The position numbers were made by a program, and so were the translations under genes. Of a stretch of DNA of 64,000 bases, positions 1 through 9,289 are shown in pieces. How positions within the stretch are numbered: position 1 is the first letter of the stretch; each line of letters opens with the position of its first letter. Source of the DNA: a virus (Duplodnaviria > Caudoviricetes); IMG/VR virus record IMGVR_UViG_3300033074_000233, positions 32,001-96,000 of that record; one strand, given 5' to 3'. The notes under the pieces are model-generated. The model did not search any database. It was not told the origin of the DNA and saw nothing but the letters and a program-made list of their open reading frames with translations.

Positions 1-486
1 CTCTTTTGATCTTGACTCGCGTTTTAGCCTGCGCTTTTCATGTACCTCATCTAGGTATGAGGGATTGGATACTCCATACCTCTTTTTCATTCCCTTGATA
101 CGGGCCTTAGTTAGTTTTTCTTGGTAGTTTGGACCTAACCTTCTTTCCAAGGTTCTTCTTTGGCCGTCTTTTATTTTCTTTATCTCGGACTTTGATTTTG
201 AAGACCAAGCCTCTCTTACTTTTTCTCGCCAAACATCTTTTACTTTTGAGTTAAGTGTACCACAAGTTCTAGAGCAGTGTTTAATGAAGCCTCGTTCTAG
301 CCCAAGGAAGTGTGTTTCATTACTACAGCCTTTCCTTGCACACATACCTTCAGTGTCTTTTGCTCTGTATTTTATGTAGTAGTCTCTTACTTTTAGATTG
401 TGTTCTTTTGATATGTGTATTCCCAATCCATTATAGGTTCTTGACTTGTATCCACAAACCTTGCAGGTACGAATAATAACTATCAT
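1..486 (-). CDS. Zn-finger homing-endonuclease-like protein, truncated at window edge (absent from ORF track)
   Basis: Manual translation from ATG at 486 with GAGGGG RBS stays open to base 1: MIVIIRTCKVCGYKSRTYNGLGIHISKEH (C2H2 finger), further Cys pairs, and KRYGVSNP motif typical of phage HEG-associated proteins; AT-rich. Confidence 0.7.
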   Translation of the reverse strand, partial: MIVIIRTCKVCGYKSRTYNGLGIHISKEHNLKVRDYYIKYRAKDTEGMCARKGCSNETHFLGLERGFIKHCSRTCGTLNSKVKDVWREKVREAWSSKSKSEIKKIKDGQRRTLERRLGPNYQEKLTKARIKGMKKRYGVSNPSYLDEVHEKRRLKRESRSKE

Positions 487-503
487 AACCGAGTCCCCTC
501 AGT

Positions 504-576
504 CTATCCAATGTATTTACGTTACACCAAGTGACTGGATGGGTCACGTTTCGGTAGCAAGCCTAGGTGTAACGTA
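504..576 (-). promoter_or_regulatory. Candidate structured cis-regulatory RNA in 5' UTR of the Zn-finger gene
   Basis: 11-bp perfect stem 518-528/566-576, inner hairpin GTGAC/GTCAC 531-547, loop complementary to 506-510 (possible pseudoknot). Confidence 0.55.
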
Positions 577-580
577 GTCT

Positions 581-1027
581 CTATCGGAGCAAGCGGGCTT
601 CAATTTGAGCCGCAAACTCCGAAAAATTTCCGTCCGTGTTTTCAACCTCTCCTTTCATTTCCTTTTCCATCTGTAGCAAGCGCGAGTAGTAATTTCCAGC
701 ACCTGATTCCATGAGGTGGTCTTTGGCAATAATCTTGGCCACGTCTTCATTGTCCGTGTGCTCGACTTCTACCTTGATACCCATCTCCAATTCTTTCGGG
801 TCGAAGGCTTCATCTGGTACGTTGGCGTGTTTGCCTACGCCTTTAAGCAGCGAAGACAGCAGGTGATAAATCTCACCTTCAAGGGACTCAGGTGAAAGCC
901 CGAGATCACGCGCCCACTTGTGGACTTCATGGTCCCGAGCGTTCTGGTTCTTGAGGAAGTAGTCAATGATAGCCGACTGGTGCCTAACTACCCTTGCTTC
1001 CTGCTTGTACCGTTTCAACTTAGGCAT
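581..1027 (-). CDS. DUF5661-like phage protein
   Basis: DPKELEMGIKVEVEHT...AKIIAKDHL...YY motif recalled for this family. Confidence 0.6.
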   Translation of the reverse strand: MPKLKRYKQEARVVRHQSAIIDYFLKNQNARDHEVHKWARDLGLSPESLEGEIYHLLSSLLKGVGKHANVPDEAFDPKELEMGIKVEVEHTDNEDVAKIIAKDHLMESGAGNYYSRLLQMEKEMKGEVENTDGNFSEFAAQIEARLLR

Positions 1028-1030
1028 AAA

Positions 1031-1846
1031 TCACCTCAGAGTAGAGAGGAACTTTGATATGTCACTTTTAGACTTGTAAGTCATAAAATCGCTCGGATAA
1101 TCAGCGCGCATATCCACAATCTGGAACAAGTCATCTTTGTTGAAAGATATTTCAGATAACGGAACTAACACTTCTCCCTCTGTTACCATGTTAGTGTAGG
1201 TATCTTCCTTGTAGTGTGCTTGTCTGTGTTCTTTGTAAACGTATTCAGACAAACCCGGTGCTGGAAGGATTTTATACTTCTTAATAGACTCTAGCCTGTC
1301 GTCTAATGCTTCCAGTAAAGTTAAGGCACTAAGTACCGGAAATCCAGCGTAGGACTTCTTAACCGTTAATTGAATCTTTCCTATTGAAATTCCTGAGTCG
1401 GTAGTTACTACGGTACTGCGTGTAAAGGAATGCCATTTCCATAAATGTTCCTTCGTCCTAAACTTTATGGTCTTTCCTTCAGATAACGAAGCCAGAATCG
1501 GTGAGTCACTACTTAGGGTTATGGTGCGGTATAGGTCTTGGCTGCTCGTAGATTTCTTTTTTATGAAGGCTGAGATCTTTTTCTCTAGGGTTTTTCCCAC
1601 GGGACTGGCGAAAAAGGCGACCTTTTTGGAAACAGGCTCACTAGAGCAATACTTAAAAATCCCACAGGCTACTGCTTGGTCGTTAGGAACCAGGCTTAGA
1701 CTTATAGCGTGTTCTATCAGGGTCTGCCTATTAGGAAGTCCCCTAGGAAAACTAGAAGACTTCAGGAATTTCTCAGGGTCTGCTGAGAAATAAGGCTTCC
1801 ACCAGTTAGGATTAGCCTTTACTAACTTAGGCATATCCAGCCTCAC
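1031..1846 (-). CDS. Hypothetical protein with ADP-ribosyltransferase-like R-S-E motifs
   Basis: LYRTI...WHSFT...EGEVLV in the expected order. Confidence 0.45.
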   Translation of the reverse strand: MRLDMPKLVKANPNWWKPYFSADPEKFLKSSSFPRGLPNRQTLIEHAISLSLVPNDQAVACGIFKYCSSEPVSKKVAFFASPVGKTLEKKISAFIKKKSTSSQDLYRTITLSSDSPILASLSEGKTIKFRTKEHLWKWHSFTRSTVVTTDSGISIGKIQLTVKKSYAGFPVLSALTLLEALDDRLESIKKYKILPAPGLSEYVYKEHRQAHYKEDTYTNMVTEGEVLVPLSEISFNKDDLFQIVDMRADYPSDFMTYKSKSDISKFLSTLR

Positions 1847-2127
1847 TTAAATCTGATTCGGTTGGCACGGTAGAAGTCATAGTCTACCTTGTCTAGCGCA
1901 TGAATGCCTCTCGGATTGCTTTTAAGTATCTTGGCAATACGATTGACTTGGTTGTTCTGGACCTGCTTCTCCTGAAACGGACGCTTATCCGATGCAACAG
2001 GTGCAGGCTTATTCAGCCGTTTCAGGACGTGTTTCTCAAGCCTTTCAATGCGCCGAATCAACCGCTGATATTCATTGATAGTCAGGTCGATTGATTGTGA
2101 TGCTGAGGCTCTAACCAGTGTTGCCAT
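1843..2127 (-). CDS. Hypothetical protein
   Basis: ORF in operon, GAGGT RBS, overlaps next start. Confidence 0.7.
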   Translation of the reverse strand: MATLVRASASQSIDLTINEYQRLIRRIERLEKHVLKRLNKPAPVASDKRPFQEKQVQNNQVNRIAKILKSNPRGIHALDKVDYDFYRANRIRFK

Positions 2128-2135
2128 AAGTCACC

Positions 2136-3311
2136 TCAGAAGATGTTCCGTTGACCGCCGAGCCACGTATTTTGGTTCCAGGGCCGTATGTTGGCAACAG
2201 GAGAAAGCGTAACACCAACAGTACCAATAGCACCATACTGGAGTTTGTTCGGATTCACGTTGCCATCACCGCCCGTATTACCACGCTTGGCAAGGAGACC
2301 TTTGAACTGGCGGCCAGGATCATTCAGAGAACTCTCCAGAGCAGACGCCATACCTTCGTAATACTGAGTGCGGTCAATGTTTAGCGAAATGGCTTGCCCA
2401 CCAAAGTCGAAGGCTGATTCTCCTTCGAACAAATACTGAGAGCGTAGCGCAGAAACTTTCGACCACCCGAGCCAATAAGCGCGCACACCACCTGTAGCAT
2501 TGGTGAACGTAAACGTAGTAGGTTGAGCGAAGGCATTCCATAGGTCACCACCCAAGCGCAAATGGGTGAAAGCATCCAACACAGAGAAGGTTGGACGATC
2601 ACCCAGGCTAGAACGTGCTTTGTTAATCTCGGCAAGCAGGTCTTTCATGGCTTGCATCATGCTTGGCGTAACGCAATATACCGCAGCGTTCTCCACACCT
2701 GTTGACGTGCCTGGGCCGTTGTTGTACGACCATAGCAGGTGATACGGAGCCAGAGTTGCTGGAACAATGGTTGGATCGAGCGTCAGTTGTAACGTGTACA
2801 GGTAGCCATCGGCAGTAGCGGTAGGACCACTAACAGTAGGTGGCAACGGATTTATCTTGGTATTCTGGAAGTAGAAATCTGCCGTTACGTTGGAGAAAAT
2901 AGCAGGCAGAACCAAGTTCATTTGAACCGTGTTGCCACTCAATTCAATTACGTCTTCCGCACCTTGGTACGTGAGACCAAGTGGCTGTACTACTATGTTG
3001 GAGTAGGCTTGGAACGTGGTATCTGCCGTTGTAAGCGTGAAACGAACTTGATAAGACTCACCAATTATGTTGGTGGGAATGTTGCTAGGAACAGCGACAA
3101 TAACCGTAGCCTGAGCCGACACGCCGTTAAGCGTGTTAGCAAATGAATAACCTGTGCTACCACCAGACGCATAGACTTGGCCTACAGCGTCAAGTAGTTC
3201 ATAGGTAATTGTACCACTGGAAGCATCCGTGCCCACAGGCAGCGTGAACTGCGCCACAGTGGTTGCGCTATTGCCCGCTACTACAGGTTCGAAGGCGTTT
3301 ACAAAAGGCAC
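2136..3311 (-). CDS. Virion structural protein (Ig-like N-terminus; possible neck/head-tail adaptor C-terminus)
   Basis: Thr/Val beta-rich N-terminal half, helical C-terminal part; located in structural block. Confidence 0.5.
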   Translation of the reverse strand: MPFVNAFEPVVAGNSATTVAQFTLPVGTDASSGTITYELLDAVGQVYASGGSTGYSFANTLNGVSAQATVIVAVPSNIPTNIIGESYQVRFTLTTADTTFQAYSNIVVQPLGLTYQGAEDVIELSGNTVQMNLVLPAIFSNVTADFYFQNTKINPLPPTVSGPTATADGYLYTLQLTLDPTIVPATLAPYHLLWSYNNGPGTSTGVENAAVYCVTPSMMQAMKDLLAEINKARSSLGDRPTFSVLDAFTHLRLGGDLWNAFAQPTTFTFTNATGGVRAYWLGWSKVSALRSQYLFEGESAFDFGGQAISLNIDRTQYYEGMASALESSLNDPGRQFKGLLAKRGNTGGDGNVNPNKLQYGAIGTVGVTLSPVANIRPWNQNTWLGGQRNIF

Positions 3312-3324
3312 TGGTCACCTCCTA

Positions 3325-5067
3325 TTAAGATACTTTCAGCGGAACGCCATCACCAATCTTGACCACGTACTTACTTGTGCTTGCACCTGGCTTCAAGTTC
3401 TCGAAGATAATCGTTACGAGTTCAGGCTCTACACGTACCGTTTGAACCTTGAGACCTGTACCTTTTACTCGCGGAGCAAGTGCAGCAAGGAACCTTTCTT
3501 TGGTTACGTTCGGTACAGCAGTAGGCGTTACAACCTTTTCTACGCCCATCAACTTGTACGTTATGCCAACAGAGGTCAGCACCGAAGTAACAATGTCCTT
3601 GATCTTCGTTACCATATCCGTAGGTACAGGCTCTGACTTGGTACCAGGAGGTGTAGCAACTGGCTTGGGTGCAGTCTTGGTCTGAGGTGCACTGTTGTCA
3701 TCGTTCGCAAGGTCTTCGTCAACCATCTTGTTGAACTGACGAACAAACTGCGTGGCCTGATTCGGTGTCCAATCGAACTCCTGAGCAAAACGATCAACCA
3801 TAGCCTGGTCAATACGAATGTCCTTCAGGTGCTGACGCGACGGCTTAACCACAACAAAGTCGATAACCCAGTTTGGACCAGCCTTGTAAACAGGACGACG
3901 CTTAACGGTACCAGCCTTAGGAGGCAGAACCTTAAGGATCAAGGTCTTGTTGATAACGTCTGCAATCGTCTCGGCGTCCTTCTTGTCCTTCACCTTCTTG
4001 CCATTAATTGCAAAGGACATGACGTTTTCTTCTACGCTCATGTCTACAATCATTTCGGCAGGAATACCCCAGCGAGTTTTCTTCAACTGGGTCTTGGTTA
4101 CTTCAAGCGGAACGCGCTCAATGAAGGTAGAGAAGTTCTCAGACTCCAGAGCGATAAGCAGGTCGTGCCAACCAGTTGCTTCCTTGGTGAACTGCACCTC
4201 AGGTACGAAACGACCCGGAGGTGCATAATGAGTCAGCGTGGTGAAGTGCATCGTCATTTGGTTGGATGGCGTTTTTACCACACCAGTGAAGATGATGTAG
4301 TATTTGGAGAAGATGGTCTCGGAGTCATTCTTGAAGTTGGTCAGTTCAAGGTAGTGGTTGTACTCAAAGGAGAACTGACCCTTGTTGTCAACCTTCGGGG
4401 TAACGTAAACGTATTCCGAATAGTCCTCGAACGAGTCCTTGAAGGTCTCTACCGTCTTCGCAACCAGATGCTTGCACATCAACTTGAATTGCTTAGGCTC
4501 GGTCTTCTTGGCCGTTGTCTGCATAAACTTGTAGGCATCTTCAAGCGCGGTCTGGAGAACCTTACGCTTGGCCTTGAGTTCCTTGGTGAACTTACCTGTC
4601 ATTGCAGGTTCGTCCGAGAAATCATCCGCTACTTTATAAATGAAGGCGTCAAGCGTTTCAATCTTGGCGTGCAGACGATTTAATGCCGCGTACTTCTTGA
4701 CCATCTGTTGGCCAGGAGGTGCGGTGAACTCAACAGGAATTGCCTGACCTTCTTTTACTTTCGGCTTAGGAGACTTGGCCGTAGGTTCAGGAGCCTTGAA
4801 ATCCTGGCCGCCATGCTTAATTACACGCATGGATTTAATACCAGAGGCCACAGCCTTCAGACGCATTAAAGCGCGGACATTGGCAGGTTCAAACATGGAT
4901 TTAAACCGTTTGATCTCGGCAATATCTTCCATAGCCGACCGCATCAATTCGTCAGCATAGGCTTCCGCTTCCTTCAAGGAACGGAAATTGTAAGTGGTAA
5001 CATCCGTAACGTCCGATTGTGCCAGAGACTGGAAACGGCGAATGGTACGCAGGTTAGTAATTGACAT
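3325..5067 (-). CDS. Hypothetical protein (possible virion/internal head protein)
   Basis: 580-aa ORF, GGAG RBS, preceded by CTAATTTCAT motif. Confidence 0.6.
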   Translation of the reverse strand: MSITNLRTIRRFQSLAQSDVTDVTTYNFRSLKEAEAYADELMRSAMEDIAEIKRFKSMFEPANVRALMRLKAVASGIKSMRVIKHGGQDFKAPEPTAKSPKPKVKEGQAIPVEFTAPPGQQMVKKYAALNRLHAKIETLDAFIYKVADDFSDEPAMTGKFTKELKAKRKVLQTALEDAYKFMQTTAKKTEPKQFKLMCKHLVAKTVETFKDSFEDYSEYVYVTPKVDNKGQFSFEYNHYLELTNFKNDSETIFSKYYIIFTGVVKTPSNQMTMHFTTLTHYAPPGRFVPEVQFTKEATGWHDLLIALESENFSTFIERVPLEVTKTQLKKTRWGIPAEMIVDMSVEENVMSFAINGKKVKDKKDAETIADVINKTLILKVLPPKAGTVKRRPVYKAGPNWVIDFVVVKPSRQHLKDIRIDQAMVDRFAQEFDWTPNQATQFVRQFNKMVDEDLANDDNSAPQTKTAPKPVATPPGTKSEPVPTDMVTKIKDIVTSVLTSVGITYKLMGVEKVVTPTAVPNVTKERFLAALAPRVKGTGLKVQTVRVEPELVTIIFENLKPGASTSKYVVKIGDGVPLKVS

Positions 5068-5105
5068 TTACGGTGTCTCCATTTGATCTATTGCGTACAA
5101 TGAAA

Positions 5106-5528
5106 TTAGCGTGTAGGTGTTATTTCTAACTCAATTACCCCTTTGCTAATTAGTCCATTAACCATAGCAAATGAATTGTGACCATATCTATTTTCCTTAA
5201 TGTATTTACCTATTGCAATACGCTTGGCCTTTTCTTTTGTTGGCACATCGGTAATTATGTAGTTGTATTTATTCGGGCCGTGAAGAAATACTACAACATA
5301 GTCCTTGTTGTTACTTTCAGGCTTACCGTGACGTGCATCCATTTCTTTCAGCATGTCACGGCGTATGCTTGAGTTAGGAGGACCACCAAAAAGAATTTTG
5401 TGGATTTCCGAAGGTTTAAGGTGAGAAGGATAATCACCGTCAACACGACCTTTGGCCTTCTTATAGGCCCAAGCAGGCCTTAGTGTTACGTTCTCGAACT
5501 CATCGTAGTCTTGTTTTGTGAAGGCCAT
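5106..5528 (-). CDS. Hypothetical protein
   Basis: ORF translationally coupled (TAATG) to upstream gene. Confidence 0.65.
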   Translation of the reverse strand: MAFTKQDYDEFENVTLRPAWAYKKAKGRVDGDYPSHLKPSEIHKILFGGPPNSSIRRDMLKEMDARHGKPESNNKDYVVVFLHGPNKYNYIITDVPTKEKAKRIAIGKYIKENRYGHNSFAMVNGLISKGVIELEITPTR

Positions 5529-5977
5529 TATTGTTTACCTACGCTTTTGATTTTAGAGAAGGTCTTATGCCAAATCCTTACGAAATAATAGTAAGGCAAA
5601 GCAAAAGCAAAACGATTTTCCCTTAGCAGATAAAGAAATACCAAGTCTACGTCTCTAAGAGACAACGGGTGCTGTGGAAAGAACTGGCACATAACATCAT
5701 GCACCATGGAAGCGTAGTAGGTCTGAGGATAATGAGTTTTGGCATCGTACAGACCATCCCATACACCTAGAATAAAGTCGTCTACCTTCCACTTAGGGGA
5801 GCATCCATCCCAAGAATAACCTTCACGCACTATCACAGTTAAGCAGGTTGGCTTAATAACAATAGTGGCCCAGTCTGTATATATTACCAGATTGAGTCGG
5901 GAATACCTTTCAAGTATTTCAGGATCGAATATCTTGATCGTTACGCTTTTTTCCAGGCGATATTTCCAAATGGCCAT
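5528..5977 (-). CDS. DUF1353-like protein
   Basis: GYSWDGCS...ASMVHD..CQ...D.VF motif; sits next to tail fibre genes as is common for this family; start moved to MAIWKY. Confidence 0.55.
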   Translation of the reverse strand: MAIWKYRLEKSVTIKIFDPEILERYSRLNLVIYTDWATIVIKPTCLTVIVREGYSWDGCSPKWKVDDFILGVWDGLYDAKTHYPQTYYASMVHDVMCQFFPQHPLSLRDVDLVFLYLLRENRFAFALPYYYFVRIWHKTFSKIKSVGKQ

Positions 5978-6024
5978 GAGACACCCCGTTAATGAGGTAA
6001 CCACTGTATATAGTACAGGACTAA

Positions 6025-6945
6025 TTACACGAAAGTGAAGGCCTCTATTCTACCAGTGTCAATCTCATAGCCAGCTGGCGAGGACAAATCGAATCCGGTG
6101 AGTGTTCCAGCTCCAGTTAGTATGTCATAGGGTAGGTCTACAAAGGTTTCAGATGTAAATGGAGAACCTCCGGAAGTAGGACAACCTTTTAGTCTCAACA
6201 GGTAACGCCAAGTGCCTGCTGTTCCTGAGGTTATATAGTTGTACACAAGGACTACGGTAAATTCAAGAGAGTAAGCATAGTTTACAACCCCCACAGTCTC
6301 TATTTTTGAAGGAAGAAGGCCGATTGATATATTTGGAGAATACAACGTAGTAGACAAAGGCCCAGAATAAGCCAGCCGTAAAAAGAACGAGGTCGTGTTT
6401 GCCGCATTCCTACTCTTTATACCAGTACAGGCTACCTTGAAAGATAAAGCCCTGGGATATCCACCAAAGAAACCAGTAAAGCAGTTATTTATTTCAGAGG
6501 TTAACCCACCAGCAGCATAGAAGCCTGTTCCATACCGTAGGTATATTCTTTTCCAGTCCGGAATATTTGGTGTCTGCCAGCTATAGGCATAGTCAGAGCC
6601 GGACGTTTTAGTGAGAACTTGGCTAGTAGAGCCACCGACTGGGGCTGCACCCGGAACTGCACCCCAACTATAGTCGTAGTTGCTACCAGAGTTCTTTTTG
6701 AGAACTTGGTTAGCGGTGCCACCTGATGGTGCTCCACCTCCAGCAGGACCTAGAATTTGCCAAGTATAGGAGCCGCCGTTTGCAACAAGCGCCTTGTTAT
6801 TATCACCAGGACTCGCCGGCGTAGGTACACCTGCTCCAGAACCCCAGGCGTAGTTATAGTCTGTTCCGTCTAGTTTAACTAAAGCTTGACCTGCTGTTCC
6901 ACCAGCAGGAACGCCACCGGCTATATCAGGTACTTTCTCTGTCAT
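6025..6945 (-). CDS. Tail fibre / receptor-binding protein with PxGGxxxQxLxK...DY.YxW repeats
   Basis: Three clear copies of the repeat followed by a beta-rich C-terminal domain. Confidence 0.65.
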   Translation of the reverse strand: MTEKVPDIAGGVPAGGTAGQALVKLDGTDYNYAWGSGAGVPTPASPGDNNKALVANGGSYTWQILGPAGGGAPSGGTANQVLKKNSGSNYDYSWGAVPGAAPVGGSTSQVLTKTSGSDYAYSWQTPNIPDWKRIYLRYGTGFYAAGGLTSEINNCFTGFFGGYPRALSFKVACTGIKSRNAANTTSFFLRLAYSGPLSTTLYSPNISIGLLPSKIETVGVVNYAYSLEFTVVLVYNYITSGTAGTWRYLLRLKGCPTSGGSPFTSETFVDLPYDILTGAGTLTGFDLSSPAGYEIDTGRIEAFTFV

Positions 6946-6970
6946 GGTCCTTTACTCCTACTAGAAAAGA

Positions 6971-9271
6971 TTAAGTGTAACGCTGACCCATTTCTTTTGT
7001 GTACATAGAAAACTGGTCAACGTATAGTGCTCTCGTTGCAATAGCACCTGTTTCCCTAACACGGCATATGGGCTGAATAAGATTACCTTCCGTGGCTACT
7101 GGTATTAAAATAGGGGTCCAAGTTCCGTTGTTTACACGGAAAAAAGCTTGGTAGTTATCACCACCAGATGGGCTGTACTCTATTCTAGCCTCTAGCACAT
7201 ACCAGTCAAAGGCAACTACGTCTGGGGATGCTCCATCAACCCCAATTCCAATGTAAGGAGAGCCCGCACCATCCATTACTACGAATCGCCATTTAGCGTG
7301 ATCTGTTGGATTAAAAATAAAGGCTATTCCGTTATCACCAAGACGATCACCGAGTACGTTATTAGTACCACCGCCGTCACCAAGACCTACGCCGTAGGCT
7401 ACGTTAGCAATACTGTTGACGGATACTATCCAGCGGAAATACCTAGTGTTTATCCTAGTAAACTGCTCTCGTTCGTACTGGTTGGTGTCATTCCCAAGAT
7501 GTAGCGCAGTGTAATTTGAGGCGTCGCATTGAATCCTAATTATTCCTGGGTGATCTACTAGGGGTAAAGAAGCGTCTAACACACCTATTCTAGAAATGTT
7601 ACCTCCAGATGAAGCAGTAGCAGACCAGCTTAATTCACCATAGGAGAGAGAACCGGGTGCTCCCGATTCTATTCTGCCAAGAAATTCATCTGACCAATAA
7701 GAAACATTTGGATGAGCCAGCGTTCTTTGGAAGCCATCAAATTGTGCGTAAGCGGGGATAGCAATACCAGATACACCACTAAAACCTTCATACACCTCAA
7801 AAGTAGTGTTGTACCTCATCCCGTAATACACTAAGGAGTCATCACGCTGGGCCGTGGTACCACCTGGCATAGAGAAACCTTTATTACCTGGAAGAGTCGT
7901 ATCGTCTTTGATACGTAACTGGCCAGCAGAAAGCAGAAGTGAACTGGTTCCTATGGAGATTTCTTCTACCGCGCCAGAACCGGCAGTTGTTCTACCTGCG
8001 ATACGCGCTGTATTTATAGTAAGACCTGAAGTCGTTATAGAGCCAGAATACAGGCTAACGTTGGTCCAAGAATAGTCTCCATTTGTTCCGCTATTCTTTA
8101 TAAGAGCCTGACCGGCAGTACCACCAGGAATAACCGTTGAATAGTCTAGTGTACGCGCAATGAAGTGTACGTTTATACCTGCGGGAAGGCCGGGATCAGG
8201 ACTCAATGTAATCTCAAATACATCAGACACTATGTATGAAGAAGGGGGCTGAAAGGCACTTCCAAAAAACATGATGGCCTGTTCAGCAACAACCGGGAAG
8301 GTATTGAACACGGTTTGACCTAGCGTAGATACTACGGTAGCAAACACGTTATCACCGCCAGCTGAACCGCTACCACCCCAGTTTACGTTGGCTATGTAAA
8401 CCTTAAACGTGGTCCCTGCCGGTGGGGCCGTCATAGGGCTAAACCAGTCTAGTGTATCAGTACCAGCAGCCGTGACCATCCGGACTACACCCTCATAGCC
8501 GTTATTCGTGAATACAAGGATATACATACCCAGTGCAAAGCCAGACACTAGGGTGTTGTTAAGAGACAAATCGGTAAGTTGGGTTGTTGTTGAACTATCT
8601 ACGAGGCCTGTCGAATAAATCTCATGGAGGTGAGTCGAAAAGGTCCAGTAAGTGTTGTCGTTCTTGTAAGCAAAAATCGAGTTGCCGTCTGTGTCCAAAC
8701 CATAGGGAGAGCCTGTTCCGTTAATAACGTAGGCATTCACCGGGGCTAGGGCCGGTGTTGGTAACACGTCAGGTGAGTTTATTACCTGAATGTTAGCATT
8801 TACCACAGACACAGGCAAGATAGAAATTGAGAGGGTAGCAATATTGGTTAAGGATAGAGTTGCGGTAACCTCAATTACGTTGCCAGCGTCTATCATTGTT
8901 AGGATTTGTTTTTTGATACGGCTTGGGAAAGCGTAAACAGCAACGCACACATAAGTAAGCGGTGCTGTCTCCTGATACAAAGCCATACTTCCGAAGTCGA
9001 AAGTACCAATAGACTGATCCATTCTCAGTGTATAGGCCACCTCTGAATCGCTAAGGATTTGGTAGTTCACAATAGGCAGGTATCCGTTAGTGGGTAACCC
9101 ATAGCCTGAAGTAAAGGGTGTTGGAATGTCAATATCGCCAACGGAAGGAGTGTATCCCTCGGCTACGCTATCAGGACCAACACGGAAACGTGTAATATCA
9201 ACTTTAGGTCCCATGCCACCTGCGGCTGTATATGCACCGAGACCTACAGTTGTAATTAGAAAACCAGGCAT
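6971..9271 (-). CDS. Tail fibre protein (baseplate-anchored)
   Basis: N-terminus LITTVG...FRVG...GTFDFGSMALY resembles the myophage fibre anchor domain; follows baseplate genes; lectin-like C-terminus. Confidence 0.7.
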   Translation of the reverse strand: MPGFLITTVGLGAYTAAGGMGPKVDITRFRVGPDSVAEGYTPSVGDIDIPTPFTSGYGLPTNGYLPIVNYQILSDSEVAYTLRMDQSIGTFDFGSMALYQETAPLTYVCVAVYAFPSRIKKQILTMIDAGNVIEVTATLSLTNIATLSISILPVSVVNANIQVINSPDVLPTPALAPVNAYVINGTGSPYGLDTDGNSIFAYKNDNTYWTFSTHLHEIYSTGLVDSSTTTQLTDLSLNNTLVSGFALGMYILVFTNNGYEGVVRMVTAAGTDTLDWFSPMTAPPAGTTFKVYIANVNWGGSGSAGGDNVFATVVSTLGQTVFNTFPVVAEQAIMFFGSAFQPPSSYIVSDVFEITLSPDPGLPAGINVHFIARTLDYSTVIPGGTAGQALIKNSGTNGDYSWTNVSLYSGSITTSGLTINTARIAGRTTAGSGAVEEISIGTSSLLLSAGQLRIKDDTTLPGNKGFSMPGGTTAQRDDSLVYYGMRYNTTFEVYEGFSGVSGIAIPAYAQFDGFQRTLAHPNVSYWSDEFLGRIESGAPGSLSYGELSWSATASSGGNISRIGVLDASLPLVDHPGIIRIQCDASNYTALHLGNDTNQYEREQFTRINTRYFRWIVSVNSIANVAYGVGLGDGGGTNNVLGDRLGDNGIAFIFNPTDHAKWRFVVMDGAGSPYIGIGVDGASPDVVAFDWYVLEARIEYSPSGGDNYQAFFRVNNGTWTPILIPVATEGNLIQPICRVRETGAIATRALYVDQFSMYTKEMGQRYT

Positions 9272-9289
9272 TGTATTTCTCCTTATCTG

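Noticed and set aside
551-565. GGTAGCAAGCC resembling the twister ribozyme L4 loop
   Set aside because: The rest of the twister framework is not evident, so no ribozyme class is assigned
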